The translations under genes were made by a program, and so were the position numbers. Source: Octopus sinensis (lineage: Eukaryota). Taken from it: DNA of 64,000 nucleotides. The notes beneath the pieces were generated by a model. The model worked only from the letters and a program-made list of their open reading frames with translations, was not told where the DNA came from and made no database searches. Within the stretch, counting starts at the first letter, position 1; the number at the start of each line of letters is the position of its first letter. Positions 25,577 to 37,410 of the stretch are shown piece by piece. The DNA lies in contig NC_042998.1 of NCBI RefSeq assembly GCF_006345805.1, forward strand, positions 98,084,001 through 98,148,000. Direction: 5' to 3'.

Positions 25577-26010
25577 ACTGAATGGCAATGTGGTTGAGAA
25601 GTTTGCTTCCCAGTCACATGGTTTCAGGCTCAATACCACTTTGTGGCACCTTGAGCGAGGGTCTTCTACAATATCCAGGCTGACCAAAACCTTGTGAATG
25701 GATTTGGTAGATGGAAACTTAAAGAAGACTCTATGCATGTGAGTGTGCATGTGTATGTGTGTATGTGCACACGTGAGTGTTTGTATTTATATCTCCGTGT
25801 CTTGATATCATTTCACAGTTGTAAACAAGTGTCACTGTCAAACAAGCAGGGTCATCCATTTCCAATATTCTGCAAAAACATGCATGGTTATAGGTAAACA
25901 TTAACTTGCTTGAAACAGCTAAATGTTGACAACAGCAAAGGCACTTGCCTGTAGAAAATATGCCTCTATTTGACCAATACATGTATGACAAAGTGAACAT
26001 TATGATGATG
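25577..26010 (+). mobile_element. tRNA-headed SINE variant
   Basis: gtggttgagaagtttgcttcccagtcacatggtttcaggc..gtggcaccttgagcg..accttgtgaatggatttggtagatggaaact. Confidence 0.8.
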
Positions 26011-26900
26011 CTAAGTACCACTAACAACATGTACTTTTCATGCAATTCTCAGGTTTAATGAGTGTGATACTGTGACAAGGCAAGACATTTGAATTACAGG
26101 TACAGTTCAGAGAGAAAGAAAGAGATATAGAAAGAGAAAGAGAGGGGGAGGTATTTATCATCCCTGAAAAGATGAAAGGCAATGTTGACCTTGGTAAGAT
26201 TTGAGATCAGAGCACAGAGAGTTGGAACCATTTCTGCTACTTGATGTTTCTTTGTGGACTATTTGAAGCATCTGAATGTTCACTCTGGAGAAAACAGTAT
26301 GATGCAGAACAGTTTTTTTTTTTGTTTTCTTTTTAAGCAGCATTAATAAAAAATACTAGCAGAAGGACACACTGACTGAAGGATTCCTTTAGAACAATAA
26401 TGGTTATTTGACTCAGTTGCAATTCTTAAGTCCTCATTGTCAGCATTCTTTAAGGTAACAGAAATAGGCTAATACAACCATCTTAGAACACAAATTCAAT
26501 GGAAACAAATTCTCAAAGTCAACAGATGCCAATGATAGAGTAAAATAACAGTAAATATCAGGAATATAAATGATTTGAAGAGAAACTTAGTGGATTAATA
26601 TATTAGACTAATAGACTACTGACCTGATACATAACTAAAGATAACCACCATCTCATTTTAATTGTTAGTGGAAATAGCAATCCATTACACATATACCAGC
26701 TTCAGTGCAAATACAAAATCTTTACTAACCAACTAATTTATACTAGTATAAAGAAATAATTATCCAAGCATCATCTGCATGAAAACAGTTGTTGAACTAA
26801 CATTTTTAATGAAGGAACAGCAAAAAAAAGCTAACAAAAAAATTATTATCTTGTGATGAAAAGGAAGACAATATTAGATTAACAACTGCAGATAATCATC

Positions 26901-26939
26901 CTTTGCTGAGGAAGACATAAGATCAAAACATGTTCTGAG
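26901..26939 (+). ncRNA. Degenerate minimal type I hammerhead-like motif
   Basis: ctttg-CTGAGGA-agacataagatc-aAAAC-at-GTT-ctgag; the catalytic G12 position is A and the stems are imperfect. Confidence 0.35.
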
Positions 26940-29865
26940 TTGTCTCCCATCCTTGACAAAATAATTTAAATAATGATTTTGATGCTTCCTGCATTAAATA
27001 AGTTAACACTAATTTTGTACAAATGTATATAGTGGTGTATATAATTATTTTGTTGCTTTATAGATTTGAATAGTAATATGTTCTGTGTCTAAATGTACCC
27101 ACAAAGACTGTAAAATACATTACTCTAAAATATTAACTTACTGCCTGGTCACTCAATTAAAATTTTAAACACTACAGTTTCAAATTACAAGCAACCCAAC
27201 AACACAAGGGATACTCTGTGCATTGAAAACTAAAAAATTATGGCAGACAGCATGGAGGTTGAGGTCTAAATCTAAATTCTCCATGGCAATAAACATTAGA
27301 ATACCCTAAGAACATTTTAAATAGTTTTCTTTCATAAACCCTTTCCTATCCTCTTTTTTTTTCTCTCTCTCTCTCTCTCTCTTTCTTTGTGATGTTAGTG
27401 ATATGGAACAAAATCTAATTCAGACAAATTTAATATTGAATATTATATTACATACTTCCCATATATATGCAATAAATCAAATAATATCTAAGATGTAGTC
27501 AAGCACTAATAAACATAAGAGTAAAAATGACATTAATTCAAAGTGTATGACAGGAATGTTTTAAACTATTAAGTGATGCCTCTCTCAATTCCTGAAAGTG
27601 TCTCATCTTGTCTTTGACACCTCTCAGCTTGCAGACGAAGAGGACTTTTAGACACTTCCACACTTCAAGCTTATTTAATACATTCATTTATAACCTTCAA
27701 TGATCTTTTGGTAGACACTAGGACATAGAACCTATCCCAACTGTAGATAAATACCTAAAATTATAAACAGTATACATTACCATTATTCTGTCTCAGTTAT
27801 TTAATTCAACATGTTTCTTTTGATAACTAAATTTTCTTTTAAACACAGTATATCTCCCGTATCAAATAAATGTTATTAATAGATAATTTATATTGCTTGG
27901 AGAGTAATGGTGTCAGAAAAATAGAAGAGTAAGGGGAGACTCGAGGAATCAGTCAACTGGAAATAAAAAGCAAACAGTTGCAGAGGAGCCAGCCAGTAAT
28001 GGAATTCAAGAATAAATATGGATAAAAGAGATTGGAATGCAGAGTCACACTGCACTAAAAGAAATGGGACAAAACAAGCTACAAGTAATAAAATAAAATA
28101 GAAACATCTAGGACAATGAATGACTAAGTCACAAATCAATGCAGTTACAATACATATAAATGCATGCACACATATACACACACACACATACACATACAAT
28201 ATAGCAAGACGAAAGAGAAATATTTCTTGGAACACAAGCCTCTACTTGAAATGTATGTGTATGTATACATACACACATCAGCCAGCATAGAATTCATTGT
28301 GCACGCATATGGGCACAAACATATACACACAATCATAAGGTTTCTTCAGTGGGAATCAGCAAATGCAACAGTAAGAGAGTGTGTGCACATACCTATATTA
28401 GAAGCTGGCAATCTTGGATAATAATGTGTACCGAGGAGAATGGACATGACAGATTGTATTGTTAAATAAAAATAAACATATCTTTATAATTTCTAAAGTA
28501 AATTCAAATGTAGAAAAATGTAATGATATAGTGGTTTGAGAATTATGTTTGTTCAAGGAATTGTTTTCTTTTTCGGTCAAAATTTATTTTATTGAGTTTA
28601 AAATGCATGAAAAGTAAAAGACTTTTTTTAATATATGACAAAACTGAATGAGACATCACAGAGTAACTGAGCCAACTACCTACAGAATTAAGCCAGGCTA
28701 CCCACCTACACACATTTATTTGTTGATTTATTTAATATTACAATAGTATGTCATAATTGGGCAGAAATCTTCAGCCAAGAAGAATTAAGTGATATTTTTC
28801 TACCAACAACAAAATGAAACATGGGCAGCAGAACACCAATTTACAATCCAAACAGAGGAAAACTTTCTTCAGCCAATGGTCATGATTTATTTTTGCTAAG
28901 TAAAAGACTCCCTATCCACTGAAGGGAATGAGATTCAATAATTTTTGTTTCTCAAAGACATTAGCAGCCTATATAAAGTGGAATAATTGCAACTGAAAAT
29001 TAAGACTATCTTCACAAAATTTGGTCACAACATTTTCTCTCAGCAAGATTAGAGAGCTGTAATTAAAAATTGAAACTGGGTCACAGAATCAGTTCTTAAA
29101 AGAATCTTCAACTTGAAAATGTTCAACACTTCAGTAATTACACTGATATTTTTTGACTAGATACAAGGGTGTGTGTGTGTTTGTGTAGGAAAACTGACTG
29201 AATTGATCTCAGCAACTTGATACTTATTATGTTAGCTCAGAGCTGTAATGGAGCAATGAAATTCTATGAAACTGCAAAGTATCTCATGCAGCTTCATTAC
29301 TACTACTTTATCATTACCACAAATCAATAAATAATAATGCAATTGCTAACAACATATGTTACAATTAGAGATATTTATATTACAATGCAGTAAAGTACAA
29401 ACTTCAGGAAAAGTATCTATTATTGTAATTCTGCTCAAAAGTAGCAGCTGTTATCTGCTTTGCTTAAAATTATTAATGACCAATAAAAGACTTCACTAAA
29501 ATAACTAGTTGCTTGGTATCTTAGTTTAGAAGTTAAGATGCATCAAACTAATGATTCAAATATAAAGTTCAAATACAACATCTGCTTTTTTTCTCACTGT
29601 TCACGCTAGGTTTCCTCTTCTAGATCCAGCAGTAAATACTTTGTTCAATTCTTTAATTACATGATTTTTCCCCCCACCTCTAAATACTTCCATACCTATA
29701 TTTCTTGCCACAAAATCTACTATTCTGCTACTACTAAAACCACAGTTGAGTTCACAGTTTCAGTGTCATACAAAACAGATTTTATGAGCTTTTATTTAAA
29801 AACATTCTTGTAAGTTAGTCAGGAAATAAGAGTGCAATGCTCATATTATTTTCACGTCTCCTCAG

Positions 29866-30011
29866 ACAGATGTGAAAAGAATGTGGCTACATACCACCTT
29901 AAACAACTGCAAGGAATATTGGGAAACAAATACATATAACAAAATGACTTTACTGAAAGCATCTCAAGAACAAGGTAGAAGCATTAAACCAGATATCTCA
30001 AAGCAAGAGAA
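29866..30011 (+). CDS. Low-confidence candidate exon (146 nt)
   Basis: Acceptor tattattttcacgtctcctcAG, donor aa|GTGAGT, and one open frame (TDVKRMWLHTTLNNCKEYWETNTYNKMTLLKASQEQGRSIKPDISKQEK). No protein recognised. Confidence 0.2.
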
Positions 30012-30064
30012 GTGAGTTTCCATTCCTGTCCATAGCTGTGTCTCTACACTTTCATATCAACTTT

Positions 30065-30525
30065 TTGTTTACAAATGTATGATGTTTAATATCATTTCTA
30101 TTTAAAATATTAGATGTTAATATCCATTCAGAATTTAAGGCAGATTTTCTGTAGCTGGATGTCCTCCCTGTGCCAACCCTCACCTGTTTCCAAGCAAGGT
30201 AATATTTTTCTAAACCTATACATGATTTTTACAGAAGAATGGAAACAATTTCACCACTTGTATCAAAATGATACTCATTTACAACCATCATGTCATGGCT
30301 AGACAAGGGTACACACAAACTCACAAACACACACACACACACATGTGTGTGTGTGTGTGTGTGTGTGTGTATAACTGTATGATGATACAATGAGCTTCTT
30401 TCAGTTTCTATGTACCAAATCCACACACTCACAAGTCATTGATCAGACCAAGCTATAGTAGGCACTGCAGAGTGGGACTAAACCCAAAATCACTTGATTA
30501 AGATGCAATCTTCTAAATCACACAA
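30065..30525 (-). mobile_element. tRNA-headed SINE variant
   Basis: gctggatgtcctccctgtgccaaccctcacctgtttccaagcaagg..(CA)n(TG)n..cttctttcagtttctatgtaccaaatcc..gggactaaacccaaaatcac. Confidence 0.8.
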
Positions 30526-32740
30526 CTAAGTATACACACACACTTTCTTATATTTCCCAATGTCTCCTGATACATTTTTATGTAATAGATATAGAGTGCT
30601 CAATACCCTAAAGGAGAGTTAAGATAATCTAATATAACATGCGAGGATATGCATGTAAAATACATTAGGAAGCAGGAGCATTAATATATGAATAAATATC
30701 AATTTACTTCTAACTGCATTAAGATTATGTTATCTTTGTAGGTTTCTTATTTCATTAAAGCTTATGTATTTGTGTGTGCAAGAGAGAGGCAGGGAGAAAA
30801 GAGAGAGAAGCAGACAGAAACTTAGATGCATAGGGAGATTTAAATAAATTTCTATAATGCTTAAACATGATGATTAAGAAAGAAAATAAAAATTCTATTT
30901 CCAGCTATTTCTATTTCATATATTATGCTGTGAAAAATAGTGTTGCTGGTCATATATCCAACAGACTAATCACTGGGTCACTGCATCTTTAATGGTGAGG
31001 ATAACAAAAGAATATTTATGCAACTTGGTTGGAATACAAACTACAATGTAATTTTGTCCAAACCCATTGGTTTATCAGTTTTCACACTGAAGTATACATC
31101 TTTTTCCAATGTATATTGACAAAAGATATACATGACAAGCTGTCACAAAGTTTTCATCTTCCAAATTTCATTGATGAAACTAAGGCTATGGTAGAAATAT
31201 TTGTTCAAGGGGCTATGCAGAAGGATTGCAAGATAAAACCTCATGGATGTGAAGCAAATGTAAACAAATAACTATGTTTTGAAAATTATTTCTACAGTGA
31301 AATTAATTTCCTCCTAACAATTCACCAATAAAGCAAAAACGGAACCTGATAACTAAATAATTTGAACTGACCAAAATAAATCAACATAGTAACTTCAAAG
31401 TCAGACTATTTATTAAAATGTTCTCTTTAAAAAAATCCCAGATAAATATGTGTAATTATAATACCACTCTAAAACAAGGATAGGGATAGATTTATAGAGT
31501 AAGCATCAATAAATATGCAAGAGGAAATACATGAGAATAGTAGAGTAACATAAGAAAATATAAAAGTGCATGCATATTTACAAAATCATGTGCATTGTTG
31601 CATGCTGCTAGAATGTATTTTGTTTTGTCTTGGTTTAGGTATCATATACATAGAGAAAATTAATATACTGTCATTTAGAAGAATGAATACCAACAAATAT
31701 ATCAATAAATACAAACAAGTAGAACCACTTTGATTCAGAAGATATATATTTATGAATCTATGTCTGTATAAAAGAAAATAATAATCCTGCACATGTGAAA
31801 GTTTTGTCATAGCGATTCCATTAACAAGCTATGCACCATTACAGCAATGCAACTTCTATATAGAGTAGGAAAATGGGTCAAATGGATAGCGAATGAGTCA
31901 GAAACAATAAAAAAAGATGCAGATTAGCTGCAGGCACTAACAGGAGTCTAATTCTATGAAGGAGATATCACATTCCGACAAAGAAAGGAAATTCCACAAG
32001 CTTTCCTTAAAGGATCTTCAATTCATATTACTCATGCTAATTTGGTGTTCAACAGATTAAGAATGAATAAATAAATGAATGAATAAATTAAATGCTTGGG
32101 CATAAAAAAAGAGCTGGCTATAACATAGAATATATAAAGAAAAAAATGTACTTTTAATGCAGTTAAAATCATTTCATTTTAAACCATGAATAGGAAATTA
32201 GAAAGGAAAGTCTACATAAAATCGCAATTGATGTGTAACACAGTAATTCATCTTGAAAGAAGAAAATTGAAAGAACTTTCCTTCAGATGGTGGTACAGGC
32301 AGAAGTTTTTAATAAAAATAACTTCATTTAAGTTAATTTCCTTGAAAGTAAAATGAGAAATTAAATCAAATAGAACTGTGTGTAGCCACTGCAAAATTAT
32401 ATTTAAAAATAAAATAAAGTACTAATGGATAAGAAGAAAACTATAAATCTCCAAAATTTTAATTTTTTAAGTGATAATCAGCTAGCTAAACCAAAACTTG
32501 AATACTAACTCCTTATTTCAATCAGTATCAACATTGATGTCATAAATTAAAAACTTCAAGAGAACATTAAATAACACTTTTGGAACAGTTTAGCTTGAAG
32601 CAGATAAGATTGTAAATAATGGCATCCAAGGGTTTCTTTTTTTTTTTTTTTAACTCAATATTTACAGTTCTATATTTAAGAGATGAGGAATTATGTACAT
32701 TATTTACATTTGACAGATATTTGTCTTCATCTTGTTTGTT

Positions 32741-32786
32741 AACGTAATGTTTCGGCTGATATACCCTCCAGCCTTCATCAGGTATC
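32741..32786 (-). ncRNA. Hammerhead-like core, left arm
   Basis: Minus strand reads gatac-CTGATGA-aggctggagggtatatcagcc-GAAAC-att-acgtt: core and stem II intact, cleavage triplet and stem I altered. Confidence 0.6.
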
Positions 32787-33052
32787 TTGGGGAAATTTCA
32801 AAATTGGGTTTTCATTCCTAAGGTATTTTTCAATATTATTATTCAGGTCACTGCCTGGAATCAAACTCGGAATCTTGGGGTTAGTAGCCTGTGCTCTTAG
32901 CCACTACACCATATGCCCACAGGTATACGACCTAGTGGTTAAGAGCACAGGCTACTAACCCCAAGATTCCAAGTTTGATTCCAGACAGTGACCTGAATAA
33001 TAACATCGAAAAATACCTTAGGAATGAGAACCCAGGTTCGAAATTTCCCTAA

Positions 33053-33098
33053 GATACCTGATGAAGGCTAGAGAGTATATCAGCCAAAACGTTGTGTT
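33053..33098 (+). ncRNA. Hammerhead-like core, right arm
   Basis: gatac-CTGATGA-aggctagagagtatatcagcc-aAAAC-GTT-gtgtt: stem I (gatac/gtgtt) and palindromic stem III (AACGTT) intact, but G12 is A. Confidence 0.6.
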
Positions 33099-34656
33099 AA
33101 CAACAAACAAGATAAGGACAAATATCCATCAAATGTAAATAATGTAAATATGCCAATATTTACATGCTACAATTCAGAGCTTTATCTCCTTTGAGATAAA
33201 CTATTCTGTAAAAAATTATTTCACGTTCTCTCTAGGTTTCCAAATTCATATGAAAATTCTTGCAGATAAGAATAAAGTTTCTAAAATGGATAGAGAATTC
33301 AATGGATTCATTTGATCCAATAGTAAAATGCCTATCATATAAGTTCACATCTTACAGGCAGTCTTCGACTGCTTTTATCCAAAGGGTTTTTTAGCCCAAT
33401 ATTTATACCCTATATCTACTTCCATAACAAAAAAAAGACATTAAAAAAGAACTCTCAGTATTATTATTAGAATGTTAGATGCAAATGTTAAGCAAATATA
33501 TAAACTCAGTACATCACTATTCTATGTTCAATTCTTGTTGCAGTCAACTTAACTTCCTTGGAACAAATACCAGTAACATATGACAATAAATGTAATTATC
33601 AACTGAGAAAAGATATTAAGTGATTTGACAACAGAATTCATCTTAGTCATCATTGAGCATCACAGAAAAAATATTGAGTTTTCAATAATTAAATCTGCAA
33701 GTATTTCAACAGCAACTTTATCCAAAGTATCTGAAATTTGAGACTTGCGTTAAAATATGAAAATAACAAAAAATGTTTCATTATTGAAATTATTTCTGAC
33801 TCCAAATACCAAAGTTTAGAAAATATAAGCATGTAGTATATTGAAGGGCAGGGAATTAATAATTTCATACACACCAGGGGGGAACAGGGAAGGGAGGGAA
33901 GAAGGAGGAGAGAGAGAGGGAGAGAGAGAGAAGGAGAGAGAAAGAGTGAGAGAAAGAGAAAAAGAAATTCAGATTGAGATCGTCGTTTTAATAATAATAA
34001 TAATAATGATAATAATAATAATTAATACCTTTTTGCTAAGTCTTGTACTTCCTATTTCTCCTCCATAAAAAATTTCAACTTTCATATTTATGTTAAAAAA
34101 AATAATCAACTTCTTGTTTTCCAGCACTGATACTAAGATTCTGAATCTTATTGTTTAATTATCCAGTATTACTTCTATTTGTTGTCTGTGATCTATAGAA
34201 ATGGTCCTAAATATAAGATAGTAAGATAACTGGGTGTAATATATTGAATTAATAATATTCAACCATCCTAATGAAAGCTATATTTTCCAACTGAACATTT
34301 TTATTGCTTCTGATGAATCTCAGAAGTAAAATTTCTTGAATACCAAAAATCTAATACATAGTGTTGACAAGTAAAACAGTGTTTTCATAGAAAGTCAGCA
34401 GACTCTAGTATAACTGTTCAGTATATTTTTTAAAAGTAAATCATTTAAGATTGATTACTCAGAGATGCCACCTGCATGAAAAACAGTATAAACATATTTA
34501 ATACATTGAGCATAAAAAACAAAATTAGAATTGTGGTGAGGAAAAGACATTAACTCAATGACTAATATTATTTTAATCATTTTGGCAAGCTCAAGAGACA
34601 ACTCTAGAGAAGTTTCAGTTTTATTACACCTCAGCAAAATATGGACTCCATCTTAC

Positions 34657-34716
34657 CAAAATAGTGATGAAATGACATAAGCCAATTACAATATTCTACC
34701 AAGTAATTACAATACT
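34657..34716 (-). CDS. Low-confidence candidate 60-nt symmetric exon
   Basis: Minus-strand acceptor gCTAACttttcatacttacttgtgcAG, donor tttg|GTAAGA, and one open frame (xYCNYLVEYCNWLMSFHHYFx, phase 1-1). No protein recognised. Confidence 0.25.
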
Positions 34717-36320
34717 CTGCACAAGTAAGTATGAAAAGTTAGCATATATAAAAGTAAATCACTAAAGTGAATTCCTCAAATGTCATCTATGTGAAAAACA
34801 TCTTAATGCTTAAATAACCTCAATTTTATTTTTTATACATCTAATTTTTCATGTCTGTATACAATACTGTCTATATACTTTAACAAAGTACAGTGAAGTC
34901 AATGCTTTGCTGAAAAAGTCTAAGACTGATTTCATGCAGGGCTGTAGTTCATACTTTCCAAAATTCTAGAAATATCAGCCATTGAGATGGTGAAGTCTTT
35001 TTTTCACAATTTCCAGTTAGGCTTCTGATGCACTATTAACACTAACTTCACTAATCATGGTTTTATCTGTTTTATCTGTTTATGATTTTGTATCAAGTAG
35101 AACAAAACAAAAGCAAGCAATTATAATTCAAACCACCAAAAATATCCACTAGTTTTACAATAAGTAGGGAGTATTATCAATATTAATTGATATTTTATTA
35201 AGAAATAATTGTTAAAAAGATGAGGTTATTATCAGTTGAAGATACATAGTTTTATAAGAGCAAGTTGAGTGAGTTATGCTTAAGGCAAAGCATAAAAACA
35301 ATTTGCTTTACATATAGTAGGTGACAAAAGATAATGAATACCTAAATGACAGAATGTCAAATGAAAAATTTACATAATTTTAGAATTAAACAAATGAAAT
35401 AATAATAATTGTCTTTATTCTCTGCGAAATTCTCAGATAAAGTACCTCTTAGGCTTTACCCAGTCCTCCCCATCTCAAATGCATTCCATTTACATAACTT
35501 ATTTGACCAATTTCCCCCATCTGTTACAACACTTTTGAAGAAAGAATGAATCATTTCTATTCTTGCCTCCTTAAATGATATTTTTTTAAATGCCAACTCT
35601 TTGCTGTCAACACAACCTCCTGGGATATACTGATAAGACAAAGACACTAATATACTATCTACACTTGCCTGGCAAACCCATCAACACAAAAATCTCAGCT
35701 TTAATGTATGTCTGCATATTTTTATATTTGTTGTCCTGAGACCATCTTGGAGGTTGAGTTTGTTCTTTCATAAATATTGGCATAAACAACCTCTTGATCT
35801 TTACAAGAATTTTTTCTAGACAAGATACACTAACCAGAAGGCACCAGATCTTTGATGTTATATAGATACTTATAACCTTATGTTATGTAGATATTTATAA
35901 ACTTACATTTTACTGAAAAATACTTCTTAGCCTTGCACTGGGGCAGCTTAAAGATTCTATCCAGTACCTAAATTCATTTTTTGTCCCTTTGAGGATCAGG
36001 CTCAAAATAAATAGCTCATAATGCAACTAGTTTATGCATCTTTTTTTTACATGTATACAGTAATCCCTCACCATATTGTGATTCATCTATCACTGTTTAT
36101 TATTTAAGCTAACATTGATTTCTCTGTGATGTTGCTTTGCATTTATAATAAAATATATACAAATTACAAAAATAATTTTAAAAAATACACAGTACTATTT
36201 CTACTTTGCAGATTTTCACCAGTCGTGGGGTGGGGAACATAACACCTTCAATAGTCGAGGGATTACAGTAACTCAAACAATTCTTTTTTTTTTAATTAGA
36301 ATACCAATGCTCCATCTTAG

Positions 36321-36376
<56 letters not shown>

Positions 36377-36439
36377 GTAGTGTATTGTTCCATGACAGTA
36401 AGCACAACAAAAAAGTACTCCAGTTGGTAAGAGATAAAT

Positions 36440-36666
36440 ATTTAATAAACACCCTATGTTTTATATGCTACTATTAGTTTCATGTGCCGAGAGCATGTTT
36501 TTTAACATCTGGTGTCCTCCTATAATCACATGGGATAGTTCATTATGACAAGTGGGCAGTACCTGATGATTGTGCTTGGACACCAAACATGTTAATACTG
36601 TCTGGCATGCTCTCGGCACATGAAACTAATAGTAGCACATAAAAATATATATTGTGTTTATTAAAT
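36440..36666. repeat. Fold-back/MITE-like element between two (GT)n tracts
   Basis: Perfect 32-bp inverted repeat 36466-36497 / 36606-36637; outer tttaataaacac/gtgtttattaaa and inner ttaacat..ggtgtcc/ggacacc..atgttaa also pair. Confidence 0.9.
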
Positions 36667-36688
36667 AATATATTAATACACACACACA

Positions 36689-36779
<91 letters not shown>

Positions 36780-37282
36780 CTCCAGATTGCAATGGAATTC
36801 CACCTGATGACTACATTCTTTCATTGCACAGCTAATCATACAAATCTAAATACATTGGTCTCTGCAACAACTCTGATTATGTACCAGAATGGCTTCAACT
36901 TGAAATACAACATTGAACTTTTATTAGAGTAGCCACAACAATAAGAGGAATCTTATATATAAATTGCAATTTTTGTCTGTGTCTGTCTATCTATCAGTCT
37001 GTTACCATCTTGTTACCCAAACCAAGGAACCAATCTTCAGCAAACTTTGTATACATGTTGAACAAACATCCAGTTCAATTATAGGCTAACTGGATTTCAA
37101 TAAAAATCGATAATGAACCATCTACAGGGGTTGGGCTATTACTTGATAAAATGAGAGGGATGCAAAAGTGTTAGGTTCAAGGAAATGTGACATAATGAGG
37201 GCCGCTGATATCAGGGAAGGAGAGAGGAAAAAATGGACACACAGGGAATGTGAGAGACAGAGAGAATGACAAACAGGGACGT

Positions 37283-37285
<3 letters not shown>

Positions 37286-37342
<57 letters not shown>
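37286..37342. repeat. (TA)n microsatellite, representative of many in the window
   Basis: Read directly. Other tracts include (CA)n at ~1990, 4225, 4630 and 42305; (TG)n at ~36320, 36692 and 43926; (TA)n at ~43495 and 44158. Confidence 0.98.
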
Positions 37343-37345
<3 letters not shown>

Positions 37346-37370
37346 GGACGCTAAACGATGATGATGATGA
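37343..37370 (+). mobile_element. 28-bp extreme 3' stub of the RTE-tail family
   Basis: aaacggacgctaaacgatgatgatgatg matches the last bases and tail of the 19562 copy; flanked by TA repeats. Confidence 0.75.
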
Positions 37371-37410
37371 TATATATAAATATAAAAGTGTGTGTGAATG
37401 CATCTTCCTT

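Larger units (their letters stand above)
32663..33146. mobile_element. Head-to-head palindromic element; each arm is a tRNA-like head plus a hammerhead-like tail
   Basis: Arms 32696-32917 and 32922-33146 are reverse complements (roughly 85-90% by eye) around a 4-nt spacer. Each carries an A-box-like tagtggttaag, a B-box-like gtttgattcc, and CTGATGA-aggct..cagcc-(G/A)AAAC. Confidence 0.9.

Noticed and set aside
32922-32992. Functional tRNA gene
   Set aside because: The acceptor stem does not pair, the B box is mutated, and the sequence is part of a palindromic repeat; it is a SINE-type head only.
33560-33730. Minus frame interrupted by a single TGA (possible editing to TGG)
   Set aside because: Pure speculation; I/L/F-rich frames like this arise by chance in AT-rich DNA.
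35460-35633. Open 57-codon minus-strand segment with AG/GT ends (YIPGGCVDSKELAF...)
   Set aside because: No recognisable homology, and its phase is incompatible with the 34657-34716 candidate; not supportable without RNA data.
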